From NCBI GenBank assembly GCA_964529255.1, contig CAZGVT010000003.1, positions 1 to 42,639 on the forward strand: a stretch of DNA of 42,639 bases, in the 5' to 3' direction. The position numbers and the translations under genes are program-made. Positions 9,601 to 16,338 of the stretch are shown here, in pieces. Below the pieces are notes generated by a model. That model saw nothing but the letters and a program-made list of their open reading frames with translations, did no database searches and had not been told where the DNA came from. The DNA is from an uncultured Alphaproteobacteria bacterium (GTDB lineage Bacteria; Electryoneota; RPQS01). The stretch's first letter is position 1, and every line of letters starts with the position of its first letter.

Positions 9601-10984
9601 CGAGTATGAGTGGATCGATATCTCGCAAAACGGGACGGCGCTCACCCTCTCGGACGATTCGTACTCGGGCAATCTGAATATTGGATTCACGTTCAACTAC
9701 TACGGGCAGGATTACACTCAGCTGAAAGTCGGGTCCAACGGCTATTTGACGCTGGATGTCAACGATCCGTTCTGTCCGTACATCGAGACGGCGATTCCGA
9801 GCGCGGCCACGCCGAACAATGCGCTCTACTACTTCTGGGATGACATGAATCCGGGAGCCGGCGGTCAGGTTCTCTATCGTTCCGACGTGGCCGAAGGCCT
9901 GTTCATCGTCAGCTACCTCAACGTGCCGCACTTCGGTTCGGGTGAAACCTACACCTACCAGTGTATCCTGACCGAGAATGGCGGGATCATTTACAACTAT
10001 CAGACGGTCCCGATCAACACCAGCTGTACGATCGGTGTTGAGAATGCGACGGGCACCGAGGCCATCCAGTTGCTGTTCGACGGTTCCGGTCCGTTCCTCC
10101 CGACCGATGGGTCCGCAGTTTCCTTCTGGGGCGGACCGTCGGGTGAGTTGGCCGGAACCGTGATTCGTCAGAGCGACAACGAGCCGTTGCCGGACGTGGC
10201 GATCTACCTGGTTGGTCAACTCGATACCGCGTACACAGACGCTTCCGGCGATTATTCACTCGGCGCCGAACCGGGAACGTACACTGTCGGCTTTGTGCAC
10301 AGAGGATCATGTGACACGACGGTCGCGAATATCGAAATCGAAGACGACCAGACGACCACGCAGAACATGACCATGCGCAGCCCGTCGGTGACGTTTAGCG
10401 TGACGTCGATCTCCGAGGCGACGACCCCCGGCGTCAATGTGACAACTTCATTTACAATGGGCAATCCAACCGGATACTGCGACTTGGACTACCTGATCGC
10501 GGACAACGCCGCATGGCTGACGGCGACTCCGGCGCAAGGTTCGATTGTCGGCGGTCAGTCACGGGAAATCACGGTCCTCATGAATGTGCAGAATCTGAAT
10601 CCGGGCCAGGAATATCAGGCTACGATTCGGATCACGCACAATGCGCCGGGCGATACGTTCCTGATTCCGGTGACGCTGTTCATTTCGCTGGATGCGGATG
10701 ATCCAAGACTGGGTGTGCCCACGGAGTTTGCGTTCCACTCGAACTACCCGAATCCGTTCAACGCTACGACGGAATTCCGGTTCGACGTGCCGGCGGAAGC
10801 CCGCGTGGAAATAACCGTCTTGAATCTGCTCGGTCAGGAGGTTGCCACGGTGGTGAACGGCGTCTATCAAGCCGGTCGTCATCAGGTCTCGTTTGAAGGC
10901 AGCAATCTGGCTTCGGGTATGTACATCACGCGCATGAAGTCGGGATCGTACGCTGCAATGGGCAAGATGCTGCTGCTCAAGTAA
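3644..10984 (+). CDS. Giant (~2446 aa) multidomain secreted surface protein with T9SS-type C-terminal sorting domain
   Basis: ORF track gives 3608..10984 (TTG). I prefer ATG 3644, 6 nt after AGGAG, which yields signal peptide MSWQTKALVLIVLGTLMAAGISNA. It contains three NIDO-like modules (YEWVDIS / YDWIDIS / YEWIDIS ... SNG..SF ... WDDL), several Fn3-like units, three carboxypeptidase-regulatory-like units (SGTVTLDGGNGN.., SGHVTLDGGAGN.., AGTVIRQSDNEP..) and one MAM/LamG-like jelly roll. The C-terminus YPNPFNATTEFRFDVP..GMYITRMKSG..KMLLLK is a Por_Secre_tail-type sorting domain (nt ~10724-10981). Confidence 0.9.
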   Translation: MSWQTKALVLIVLGTLMAAGISNAMGYDKAAVIRLEEKFRSGQSLTAEELIEARRLAEAGAPIDAAAMAGGSPNPAQDRGRRNPLDEYSWVETDYEWVDISANGTNTGLTGDDQNLGPFALGFTVSYFGQDYTSLRVCSNGFASFTSTAATFTNQSIPNANEPNNSLFGLWDDLFLPNGGQVLYYADDANDRFIVSWLDVPHIDGNGNYTFQIIINASGSIVYNYMSLADVGSITVGIENQGGTEGLQVCFDGTGTLPTNESAFLISEQDGIPAQVTNLVGSVNGTTVTLSWLDPTQDTNGNPITLTNVQVWRGLPGQGQLIATVNPGVQTAVHTNAPTGEADYYVRAYANPFYGSARSVHVVVGDASYVEGFDQGDGLWVAGGDADGFEWGIPLDGPNALSEPNVWGVDLDDFYEDNQHAYVDLDIGLTVVSTDASFDCWIWYAAENSWDGCNFKVSIDGGNTWEIVTPTEGYPWASIQADNQWIGGEPAWTGTSNSWLQVHLPIGVYVGEAPIFRFDFGADPIISGYAGFYFDNVVIWGLQEPVTATVSGTVTLDGGNGNITQVQVRSNGIGNPITNPNAQGQYTLQNVLVGERTITALLNGYQTTSIIVTVPEGGINNVNLLVPRNPPPAPTLTSASVNGETGVVTLSWTLVADPLVDEYWVMRKMREDDDWVHVQTYTGNSGTDQLTLSGIWQYAIRAVDTGASQPIQSANSNHEEVLYGEIPPTGLHANGNFDDHIHLFWLPPGVSPAFQIFYDDSSAEAWYSVQGLAPSGPQDYFAVRFTPPSIDSVDYPLPVQTANIYFQMSDPPLAQVLVCPDGGGFPDLDNAWISFVDLAADSSPGWLHAPVDGAVLLEDDSDFWVAWQFAPGLIGPLTGSDATQVDGRSYWTLAPPQWNQWNFHDWMCRVWVGGAGGAAAQGRGFVLSTGTASGYRIDQVPTGGTITSMTLSKNGADEAEVAMAGPVRSAVTNVAGDFSDIIGNPGRSIPSNPYSGAPMLSYRADNRNTLDDLVNYRVYRDGVMIAQPVESEYDDFVNEGITYSYYVTGWYDSNEESGPTGTIDATAAMAPAAPANVNGVTLNSTQIRIEWINPTVNANGQPLIDFAGCRIFRDGVQIGEVGVGVQQYVDTPPLPNRTYLWEVRGFDEVPNVGPAGSFAGSVIDPWAEDSYDWIDISQDGINTGLTFDDQNNGPFNIGFPFTFYGNTYTSIRVCSNGWISFTDVSTTYFNQPIPSTFAPNNAIYGIWDDLFLPTGGQILYRADPGQFIVSWLDVPHIDGQGIFTFQIILDESGGIKINYQTVDHAMSWTTGVENLAGTQAIQLCHDGVGDWCATSESAVSFWGAPPVYANVSGHVTLDGGAGNLTQVAVSANGVSHPTTNPDAQGDYTLTDVVVGNRRLIASLTGYHSDTINVAVPEGGLIGQNFTLVRVDPPVPTGLTGSVNSGTGLVTLDWADSPDPLVDVYRIYRKLQTETQWVLVQTVSQSNATDQLTVDNVYNYAVSAVDNGVTTPVESDLSSSITILYGEIPPVQLTANGNFDDHIHLSWFEPGTPPESEMFYDNGANSPNIDGIGWWGGQPTFGWLVAKYSGNGEIAVTRLKTWITSFAMEGDPIQIGLFAADDSGLPTGDPLSVVDDVQTAPFDVFKEWDIDPPAIFPSGTFFVGMRQMTFNSICLGGDDTTPFINSTFYYAFTAGTWTSYEPGLPVIPMQRCFVIGDVGGVPMELELAPSPAGELSSVLSQRSPAKVDARGPVKVSLQKGAPVQMSWETLMNKYNADPRAAAMPNIKADFTAVNTQRMMERAEQATDVRVPYASTGGDDRDGRRGTLDDILYYIVYRNGVDIGHPVGLSYDDPRPENTPTDYYVTAYYDNNEESQPSNTVNDAVCNMAPGMPPSINLTPVGQSTMRVTWTAPTQNADGTPLVDLAGYRIYRDGAQVGTVGAGVTQYDDVPPVPNEFYLWSVRGIDEVPNVGPEASRVGAVQSPWEEIEYEWIDISQNGTALTLSDDSYSGNLNIGFTFNYYGQDYTQLKVGSNGYLTLDVNDPFCPYIETAIPSAATPNNALYYFWDDMNPGAGGQVLYRSDVAEGLFIVSYLNVPHFGSGETYTYQCILTENGGIIYNYQTVPINTSCTIGVENATGTEAIQLLFDGSGPFLPTDGSAVSFWGGPSGELAGTVIRQSDNEPLPDVAIYLVGQLDTAYTDASGDYSLGAEPGTYTVGFVHRGSCDTTVANIEIEDDQTTTQNMTMRSPSVTFSVTSISEATTPGVNVTTSFTMGNPTGYCDLDYLIADNAAWLTATPAQGSIVGGQSREITVLMNVQNLNPGQEYQATIRITHNAPGDTFLIPVTLFISLDADDPRLGVPTEFAFHSNYPNPFNATTEFRFDVPAEARVEITVLNLLGQEVATVVNGVYQAGRHQVSFEGSNLASGMYITRMKSGSYAAMGKMLLLK
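3926..10132 (+). repeat. Intragenic coding super-repeat: unit 1 3926-7153, unit 2 7154-9604, truncated unit 3 9605-10132
   Basis: The same domain order recurs. DNA-level similarity is visible, for example ttcatcgtgagctggct.gatgtgccgcacat at ~4221 and ~7443, and ctgtatgg.ga.attccgcc...aatttcgacga.ca.attca at ~5807 and ~8211. Unit 1 carries an extra Fn3 plus jelly-roll insert. Confidence 0.85.
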
Positions 10985-11005
10985 ACGAGTCGCGAATGGA
11001 AATGA

Positions 11006-11035
11006 GAAGGGCGAGCCCGCGCGGGTTCGCCCTTC
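11006..11035. terminator. Bidirectional hairpin terminator between convergent genes
   Basis: GAAGGGCGAgCCCGC-GCGGGtTCGCCCTTC long GC stem, 22 nt after the giant-gene stop and 27 nt after the DinB-like stop on the other strand. It is followed by ttgcattt. Confidence 0.6.
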
Positions 11036-11061
11036 TTGCATTTCGTCAAATCAATGAGTCG

Positions 11062-11547
11062 TCACATCCACGGCTCATCGGCTGACGGGCCATAAATGGA
11101 TGGGACTTTCGCTCCGGCGATCCGCAGATATACGGAAAATTGTCCGCGATGATGAATCATGTCATGGAGCGTGAGCCAGAGAATGTCGCCGCGCCGGACC
11201 TTGTCCATTTTGCCGGGACCGACCATGAAGTCCATCGGTGCATTCCAGTCGGCATCGGGCATGGCTTCGATGCGCCGAGCCATTGCAGCGGATTCTCTTT
11301 CGTAGCGCGCGATGATCTCGGGGATCGTGCCCGAGACCTTCGGGAATTTCGAAAAATCCAGCGCTCCCATGATTGCCGCTTCCTGCATGGTCAGCTCGCC
11401 GACGAATATGAAGGCCAGCTCTTTTGCGCTCATGGACTTCTCCGCAGGCTTGAGATCGGCCTTTTCCGGCGGAAAGTGTTTCAGCACTTTGATCGTACAC
11501 TGCACTTCGCGTTTCAGGTTTTCCAGAAATGTTGTTTTTTCGCTCAC
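11062..11547 (-). CDS. DinB/YfiT-like metal-dependent four-helix-bundle protein
   Basis: C-terminal LTLHDMIHHRGQFSVYLR with the DinB_2-type pattern. GTG 11547 follows GGAG. The TTG-extended ORF-track version (to 11688) is Arg-rich and would overlap the upstream gene. Confidence 0.75.
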   Translation of the reverse strand: MSEKTTFLENLKREVQCTIKVLKHFPPEKADLKPAEKSMSAKELAFIFVGELTMQEAAIMGALDFSKFPKVSGTIPEIIARYERESAAMARRIEAMPDADWNAPMDFMVGPGKMDKVRRGDILWLTLHDMIHHRGQFSVYLRIAGAKVPSIYGPSADEPWM

Positions 11548-11606
11548 TGCTTGCTCCGTTCGTTGATGAATGGGATCGCGCCTGCTGTTTGAAATCTGAT
11601 CGTTGT

Positions 11607-12338
11607 CTAAAATATCTTTGTGCCGACGTAAAGACCGCGCCGGGCGTTCCAGAGATCGTCGTCGAAATATACGACGCGAAATCCGCAAGACTCCATAATG
11701 GACCGCAACTCGTTAGTTGAGTGAAGTCGAAACCGATGTACTTCACTGAAGTGCGCTATGCTCTCCGGTGTGGCCACGAGATACTCGAAGTCGACGCTCA
11801 TCATCAAGTTCTCAAGTCGTGATCGCGCCATGCGACAGACTTTAATGTCTTCCTGCTCGGCGGTATGCATGTGCACGCCTCCCGGCTTCCATTGCTCCGG
11901 AGTCAGGAACGGTTCAAGAATGAACACACCTCCGGGTTTGAGGTGTTCGGCGGCGCGCCGCAGGCAGCGTTCCACGCGATCTAAGTCGAGCAGATAACCG
12001 ATTCCTCCAAACAAACAGGTGACCACATCGTACATCCGGCCGGTCGAGAACTCCGCGATATCCAAGCAAAAGTAGTGGCCCTCCGGGTTTCGCGCTTTCG
12101 CGATTTCCAGAAACGCGGAGTTCGTGTCGACGCCGTCCACAGAGTAATCGTAATCCGCAACCAGCCATTTTGCATGCAGCCCGCTGCCGCACGCCAAATC
12201 GAGCAGCGACCGCGCTCCGGGACGGTATTTCCCGATCAAGGCATGAAGTTTCGCCGCCTCTTCGCGGTAATTCTTCATCCGCTCATAGATCAGGTCGTAA
12301 ACATGCGCGCTGCGCGAGAACTCTACTTTTTCTCCCAT
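11607..12338 (-). CDS. Class I SAM-dependent methyltransferase
   Basis: Motif I LLDLACGSGLH, then VDGVDTNSAFLEIA, CLFGGIGYL and LKPGGVFILE. ATG 12338 (MGEKVEF..) overlaps the S9 peptidase stop by 16 nt. An alternative upstream start lies at 12386. Confidence 0.85.
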   Translation of the reverse strand: MGEKVEFSRSAHVYDLIYERMKNYREEAAKLHALIGKYRPGARSLLDLACGSGLHAKWLVADYDYSVDGVDTNSAFLEIAKARNPEGHYFCLDIAEFSTGRMYDVVTCLFGGIGYLLDLDRVERCLRRAAEHLKPGGVFILEPFLTPEQWKPGGVHMHTAEQEDIKVCRMARSRLENLMMSVDFEYLVATPESIAHFSEVHRFRLHSTNELRSIMESCGFRVVYFDDDLWNARRGLYVGTKIF

Positions 12339-14875
12339 CGCTTTTCCCAACCCTCCGGCTGGTCCTTCAGATACTTGTCGAACCACTCCAGCATCATTTC
12401 GCGGTGCTCGATCAAATTCTCGAATTTCTTGATGATATTGTGATTCTCGTCCGCGAAGCGCACATAGGAGACCTCCTTGCCGAGAATCTTCAACGCAATA
12501 AACATCTGATCGGACTCGCCCGGCGGGACATTGTTATCCGCTTCACCGTGCATGATTAAGAGCGGAGTCTTTACTTTGTCCGCATTGTAGAGCGGCGACT
12601 TCCGCACGAAGATCTCCTGATGAGACCACGGCAGGCTCCCGGGAAGCGCAAGATCACCGTACCAGTAGCCCCAAGTGCCCACGCCGAAATAGCTGGCGAT
12701 ATTGCTGATGCCGTACATGTCGATCAGCGAGGTAAACATGTCGGTCTTGGTCGCCAGATCAAGCGTAATAAATCCGCCGTAGCTCCCGCCGTAGGCTCCG
12801 ATTCGCTTTGCATCGAGATAGCTCTTCTCCGCGAGCAGTTTGGTGGTCCCCTCGATGATATCTTGCGTGGCTACCGTACCCCAGTCGTTGGAGTGCCAGT
12901 CCGCGAATTTCTGACCGTAACCGACGCAGCCGCGCGGATTCAACACGTAGACGACATAGCCGTTTGCGCACCACCATTGATAAGTAAAAGTAAATCGTTC
13001 ATCACGCGGAGAGACTCCGCCGTAGTAATAGACGACGAGCGGATACTTGCGACTCGGATCGAAATCATCGGGAAAGTAGAGCCAGCCGTCGATCTCATCG
13101 CCGTTGCCGTTCGTGAATTCCCAATCCTCATAGCGGGAGATTTTGAATTGCGAGACAATATCTCGATTGGGATCGAGCAGCATCGTTTCGCGGCGGCTGC
13201 GCGTATCATAGGCAAAAAGCGCAACCGGGGCGGTCGGGCTCGTTGCCGCATAGACGAATACCGAACCGTCGACGGACATGACCGGCGAGTCGATTACGCT
13301 GCGACCGGTTTTGAGTTCGGACCAACCACCCGCGTCGGGGCGAGAGAAGAGGCGAATTCCCCCGTGATAGTCGGCAGAGACCCACAAGCCTCCGCGCGGC
13401 GTGCACCAGAGATGCGCGCGGCTTTCGCTCTCCACCACACTGAAATCCTCGCCCGCCGAAAGCGGCTCCAACTGCTTCGTTGCCGGATCAAACAGATAGA
13501 CGCGGCCTTGATTTACATTATGAAAAACCGTATCCGACGGCTGTGATTCGAAGCCCGCTGCCGAGAACACCAGCTTTCCGCCTCCCGGAAGCCAGCACAG
13601 ATTGCGAATCGTCTCCGTGTACGCTCTGGAGAGCACGCGCTCGCCTTTGCGAGTGGAAAGATCATAGACCCAAAGTTCGGTATCCGTGTACGGCCGCCCC
13701 GTGCGCGGCACATAGCGAGTGAACGCCAACTTGTCTCCTTCTTTCGACACGGCAAATCCGGTCAAATGGAAATTCCCGGTGTCCGTCACCGGCCGCGCGA
13801 CTCCCGAACGGATGGTGTATTCCATTAACGAGATTCGCCGGTCAAAGTCATACACGCGATCCACGATTTCATCCAGCAGCTTGTACCCGGTTTTGTTCTC
13901 CGGCTCCTCTTCGCTCTGCGTGTAATACAGGTACTTCTCGTCGGGAGAGCAGACCACCTTTTCCAGCCCTTTCACATTGCTCAGGTAGGGCCGCGTTTCG
14001 TGAGTTTCGAGATGGTAGCCCCAAACCGTACTGCCTTCATCCCCCGACACCGTATAGCCGAGGATCGGCGACTGTGGGAAGAAGAACAGCGACGAAGGTC
14101 CGGACGGCCGCAATGTAGCCACGAGTTCAGGAGGAGAGATGCGATAAATTTCAATCCAGCCCGTCTTTTTGTATTTCTTATCCCTGCTCGAGTGAATCAC
14201 CGCTGCGTATTTTCCGTCCGAGGAAACGGCCGGAGAGGACAGCTCGTGGAACAAGCCCCAGTCGGAAAAATTCGCCATCCGTCTCGTCGCGTCCAGAGAG
14301 AGGTTCACAACTCCTCCCGTGGCACTATCCGGAACAAGTGCGGCTGAGACTCCCCATTCTTGAGGTGAGAGACTCTCCTCACTGACAAACTTGAGCAGCA
14401 ACAAGTGTTTTCCGGTATGCAGATCCAGTGTGCCGCTCAATTCGTAGAGCTTGTCTTTTGCGGAAGTTGCTTTGCCCACTGATTCTCCGTCAAGCCAGGC
14501 GGCGCAGGCGCGGCCCGATTTTACGGCGAGCTTGACCTCTTGCCGCCGAGCCGATTCAATGTAAGTTGCTGCGTAAATCGCATACGGATACGGTCCGCCG
14601 ATTTTGAACTTGAGACTGTCCCTATTTTGCGCCTCCCAGAGTGCGTTTTCAGTCGACGACCACTCCAATCGCTGTCCCACTTCAGGTCTGAAATTATGCA
14701 TATCCCATTCGACTTTGTCGGCAAGATCCACGATCTTGAACGCGGTATCGGCGAACACTTGCGGAGGAATTGCCAGCGGACCGGCGGTCAGCCAGCGGTC
14801 AATTTTGGTTGCACCGGCGGCCTGAGCGAATGTGATTTTGAAGAGGATCGCAAGAGCGAGGCAAGTAGTTTTCAT
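12323..14875 (-). CDS. S9 family serine peptidase (prolyl oligopeptidase / acylaminoacyl-peptidase type) with N-terminal extra domain and beta-propeller
   Basis: Signal peptide MKTTCLALAILFKITFAQA. TolB-like propeller repeats are present. The catalytic triad context is GAYGGSYGG (Ser), HGEADNNVP (Asp) and ADENHNI (His). Confidence 0.9.
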   Translation of the reverse strand: MKTTCLALAILFKITFAQAAGATKIDRWLTAGPLAIPPQVFADTAFKIVDLADKVEWDMHNFRPEVGQRLEWSSTENALWEAQNRDSLKFKIGGPYPYAIYAATYIESARRQEVKLAVKSGRACAAWLDGESVGKATSAKDKLYELSGTLDLHTGKHLLLLKFVSEESLSPQEWGVSAALVPDSATGGVVNLSLDATRRMANFSDWGLFHELSSPAVSSDGKYAAVIHSSRDKKYKKTGWIEIYRISPPELVATLRPSGPSSLFFFPQSPILGYTVSGDEGSTVWGYHLETHETRPYLSNVKGLEKVVCSPDEKYLYYTQSEEEPENKTGYKLLDEIVDRVYDFDRRISLMEYTIRSGVARPVTDTGNFHLTGFAVSKEGDKLAFTRYVPRTGRPYTDTELWVYDLSTRKGERVLSRAYTETIRNLCWLPGGGKLVFSAAGFESQPSDTVFHNVNQGRVYLFDPATKQLEPLSAGEDFSVVESESRAHLWCTPRGGLWVSADYHGGIRLFSRPDAGGWSELKTGRSVIDSPVMSVDGSVFVYAATSPTAPVALFAYDTRSRRETMLLDPNRDIVSQFKISRYEDWEFTNGNGDEIDGWLYFPDDFDPSRKYPLVVYYYGGVSPRDERFTFTYQWWCANGYVVYVLNPRGCVGYGQKFADWHSNDWGTVATQDIIEGTTKLLAEKSYLDAKRIGAYGGSYGGFITLDLATKTDMFTSLIDMYGISNIASYFGVGTWGYWYGDLALPGSLPWSHQEIFVRKSPLYNADKVKTPLLIMHGEADNNVPPGESDQMFIALKILGKEVSYVRFADENHNIIKKFENLIEHREMMLEWFDKYLKDQPEGWEKRWEKK

Positions 14876-14889
14876 GGTCAGTTCGTGAG

Positions 14890-15435
14890 TTAGCCGAACA
14901 GGAAATTACAGATTGTGACGCCGGCAACAAAGCCCGCGAGATTACCAATCAGACATGACGGCAGCGCGTGCCGGATGTTGCGTATGGAGACAGAACCAAA
15001 GTAGACGGCAATTATGTAAAACGTCGTTTCGTTGGAACCGTTTAAGACCGACAGCATGTTGCCGATCAAGGAATCCGGTCCATACGCCTTTAACCCTTCC
15101 GCAAGCACACCCTGCGCGCCGGATCCCGAAAGCGGCATGATAATCATCATCGGGAGCGTTTCGGGCGGCACTCCGAACGGTTCGAGCAGCGGAGACAGAA
15201 ACAATGCGATGGAGTCCATTGCACCTGAAGCGCGAAACATGCCGATTGCGACGAGCATGGCCACAAGATAGGGAATGATGCGCAACGCGACATTGAAGCC
15301 CTCTTTGGCACCCCCGACGAACGTCTCGTACACGCGCACTTTCTTGATTGCGGCGCTCACGACAATCAAGAGAATGATGGAGGGGATCGCCCAACGCGAG
15401 ACTATGTCCGTGCTTTGTGTGAGCCAATCACCCAT
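14890..15435 (-). CDS. spmB: Nucleoside-recognition (Gate) domain membrane protein, SpmB-like
   Basis: Polytopic membrane protein starting MGDWLTQSTDIVSRWAIPSIILL. Its start overlaps the SpmA-like stop (ATGGGTGA). This is the typical spmA-spmB pairing. Confidence 0.75.
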   Translation of the reverse strand: MGDWLTQSTDIVSRWAIPSIILLIVVSAAIKKVRVYETFVGGAKEGFNVALRIIPYLVAMLVAIGMFRASGAMDSIALFLSPLLEPFGVPPETLPMMIIMPLSGSGAQGVLAEGLKAYGPDSLIGNMLSVLNGSNETTFYIIAVYFGSVSIRNIRHALPSCLIGNLAGFVAGVTICNFLFG

Positions 15436-16024
15436 TCGCGGTGCCTGCTGCCTTAGCGGAGAAGCGTTGCATGAGCTTTGCCGACAAGAGTCCCACAATT
15501 GTGCTGACGGCAGTTGCGATGATTGTCGGAACGAGAATCGACGTCGGATTCGCCGCGTCCTTTCTCAGGGCAATGATCGTCGCGGGAATGAGCGTTATTG
15601 ATGTCGCATTGATCGTAATGAACGTGATCATCGCGTTGGTCGCGGTGGACTTTTCCGGATTTAATTCCTGGAGGTCCTGCATAGCTTTGAGTCCGAGCGG
15701 CGTTGCCGAATTGCCGAGCCCGAGAATATTTGCAGCCATGTTGGCAGTCATCGAACCCATCGCAGGATGGTCTTTGGGCACGTCGGGAAACAGCCGTCGC
15801 AGCAGCGGGCGTACCAATCGACCGAGTGTACCGACCATCCCGGCCTCCTCGGCGATTTTCATCAGACCCAGCCACAGGGCCATCACTCCCACCAGTCCGA
15901 TCGCAATCTCCACAGCGGTTTTGGCGGAGTTGAAAGCGGCTTTGGAGACCTCGTCCATCCGGCCATTCGCCGCTCCGACAACAAACGCCAGCACAATGAT
16001 ACCCGCCCAAATCCAATTGATCAT
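15428..16024 (-). CDS. spmA: Nucleoside-recognition (Gate) domain membrane protein, SpmA-like
   Basis: MINWIWAGIIVLAFVVGA...LGLGNSATPLGLKAMQDL. ATG 16024 follows GAGGA. The ORF track start at 16042 adds 6 aa. Confidence 0.75.
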   Translation of the reverse strand: MINWIWAGIIVLAFVVGAANGRMDEVSKAAFNSAKTAVEIAIGLVGVMALWLGLMKIAEEAGMVGTLGRLVRPLLRRLFPDVPKDHPAMGSMTANMAANILGLGNSATPLGLKAMQDLQELNPEKSTATNAMITFITINATSITLIPATIIALRKDAANPTSILVPTIIATAVSTIVGLLSAKLMQRFSAKAAGTANG

Positions 16025-16280
16025 TCTGTATTCCTCATCCACTTATCCCATGCTCGCCCACGAAGCATGTGATTGCCTTGCTCTCTGCCAAAGAATGCGC
16101 TAAAGATAGAGGCTTGTTTTCACATTCACAAGGAGAAATCGCTCGATCGAGAGAGTATCACCGCCGAGGTGTGCATGCGCCCAAGTATTCACTATTAGCA
16201 TATCTGACAAAACTGGTCAGATTTAGACCTCTTGGTTGCTTAAGTCCTTAATAAACAGCGTCTCAAAGAGCTTGTTTCCG

Positions 16281-16309
16281 TTGACATTCGATTTGCATTT
16301 GCGTATATT
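16281..16309 (+). promoter_or_regulatory. Consensus sigma70-type promoter upstream of ispG (TTGACA-17 nt-TATATT)
   Basis: TTGACA at 16281-16286, exactly 17-nt spacer, TATATT at 16304-16309. It lies 30 nt upstream of the first in-frame start of ispG. Confidence 0.6.
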
Positions 16310-16338
16310 GCTGGTTAACACTGGGATTAACCTCGGTC

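Noticed and set aside
3926-10132. Repeated DNA in the giant gene considered as a CRISPR array or a DGR template/variable-repeat pair
   Set aside because: The repeats are hundreds of codons long, in frame and diverged throughout, so they do not form a short repeat-spacer pattern. No reverse transcriptase and no adenine-specific mismatch pattern is evident in the window.
6485-10219. Long antisense ORFs inside the giant gene (6485..7771, 428 aa; 8858..10219, 453 aa)
   Set aside because: They are Arg/His/Val-rich with no recognisable motifs and lie fully antisense to a frame with strong domain and repeat signal. These are typical shadow ORFs of GC-rich coding DNA.
12620-13546. 308-aa plus-strand ORF within the S9 peptidase gene; likewise 15441..16103, 21418..22200, 23669..24349 and 37664..38602
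   Set aside because: All overlap genes that carry unambiguous family signatures (S9 triad, SpmA, CcsA WWD motif, Dxs ThDP motif, YhaM HD domain). All show wrong-frame composition with runs of R, A and G.
16202-16222. Inverted repeat ATCTGAC-aaaactg-GTCAGAT in the spmA/ispG divergent spacer, considered as a terminator
   Set aside because: It lies between divergently transcribed genes, so there is nothing to terminate, and it has no proper U-tract. At most it is a weak operator candidate, too speculative to call.
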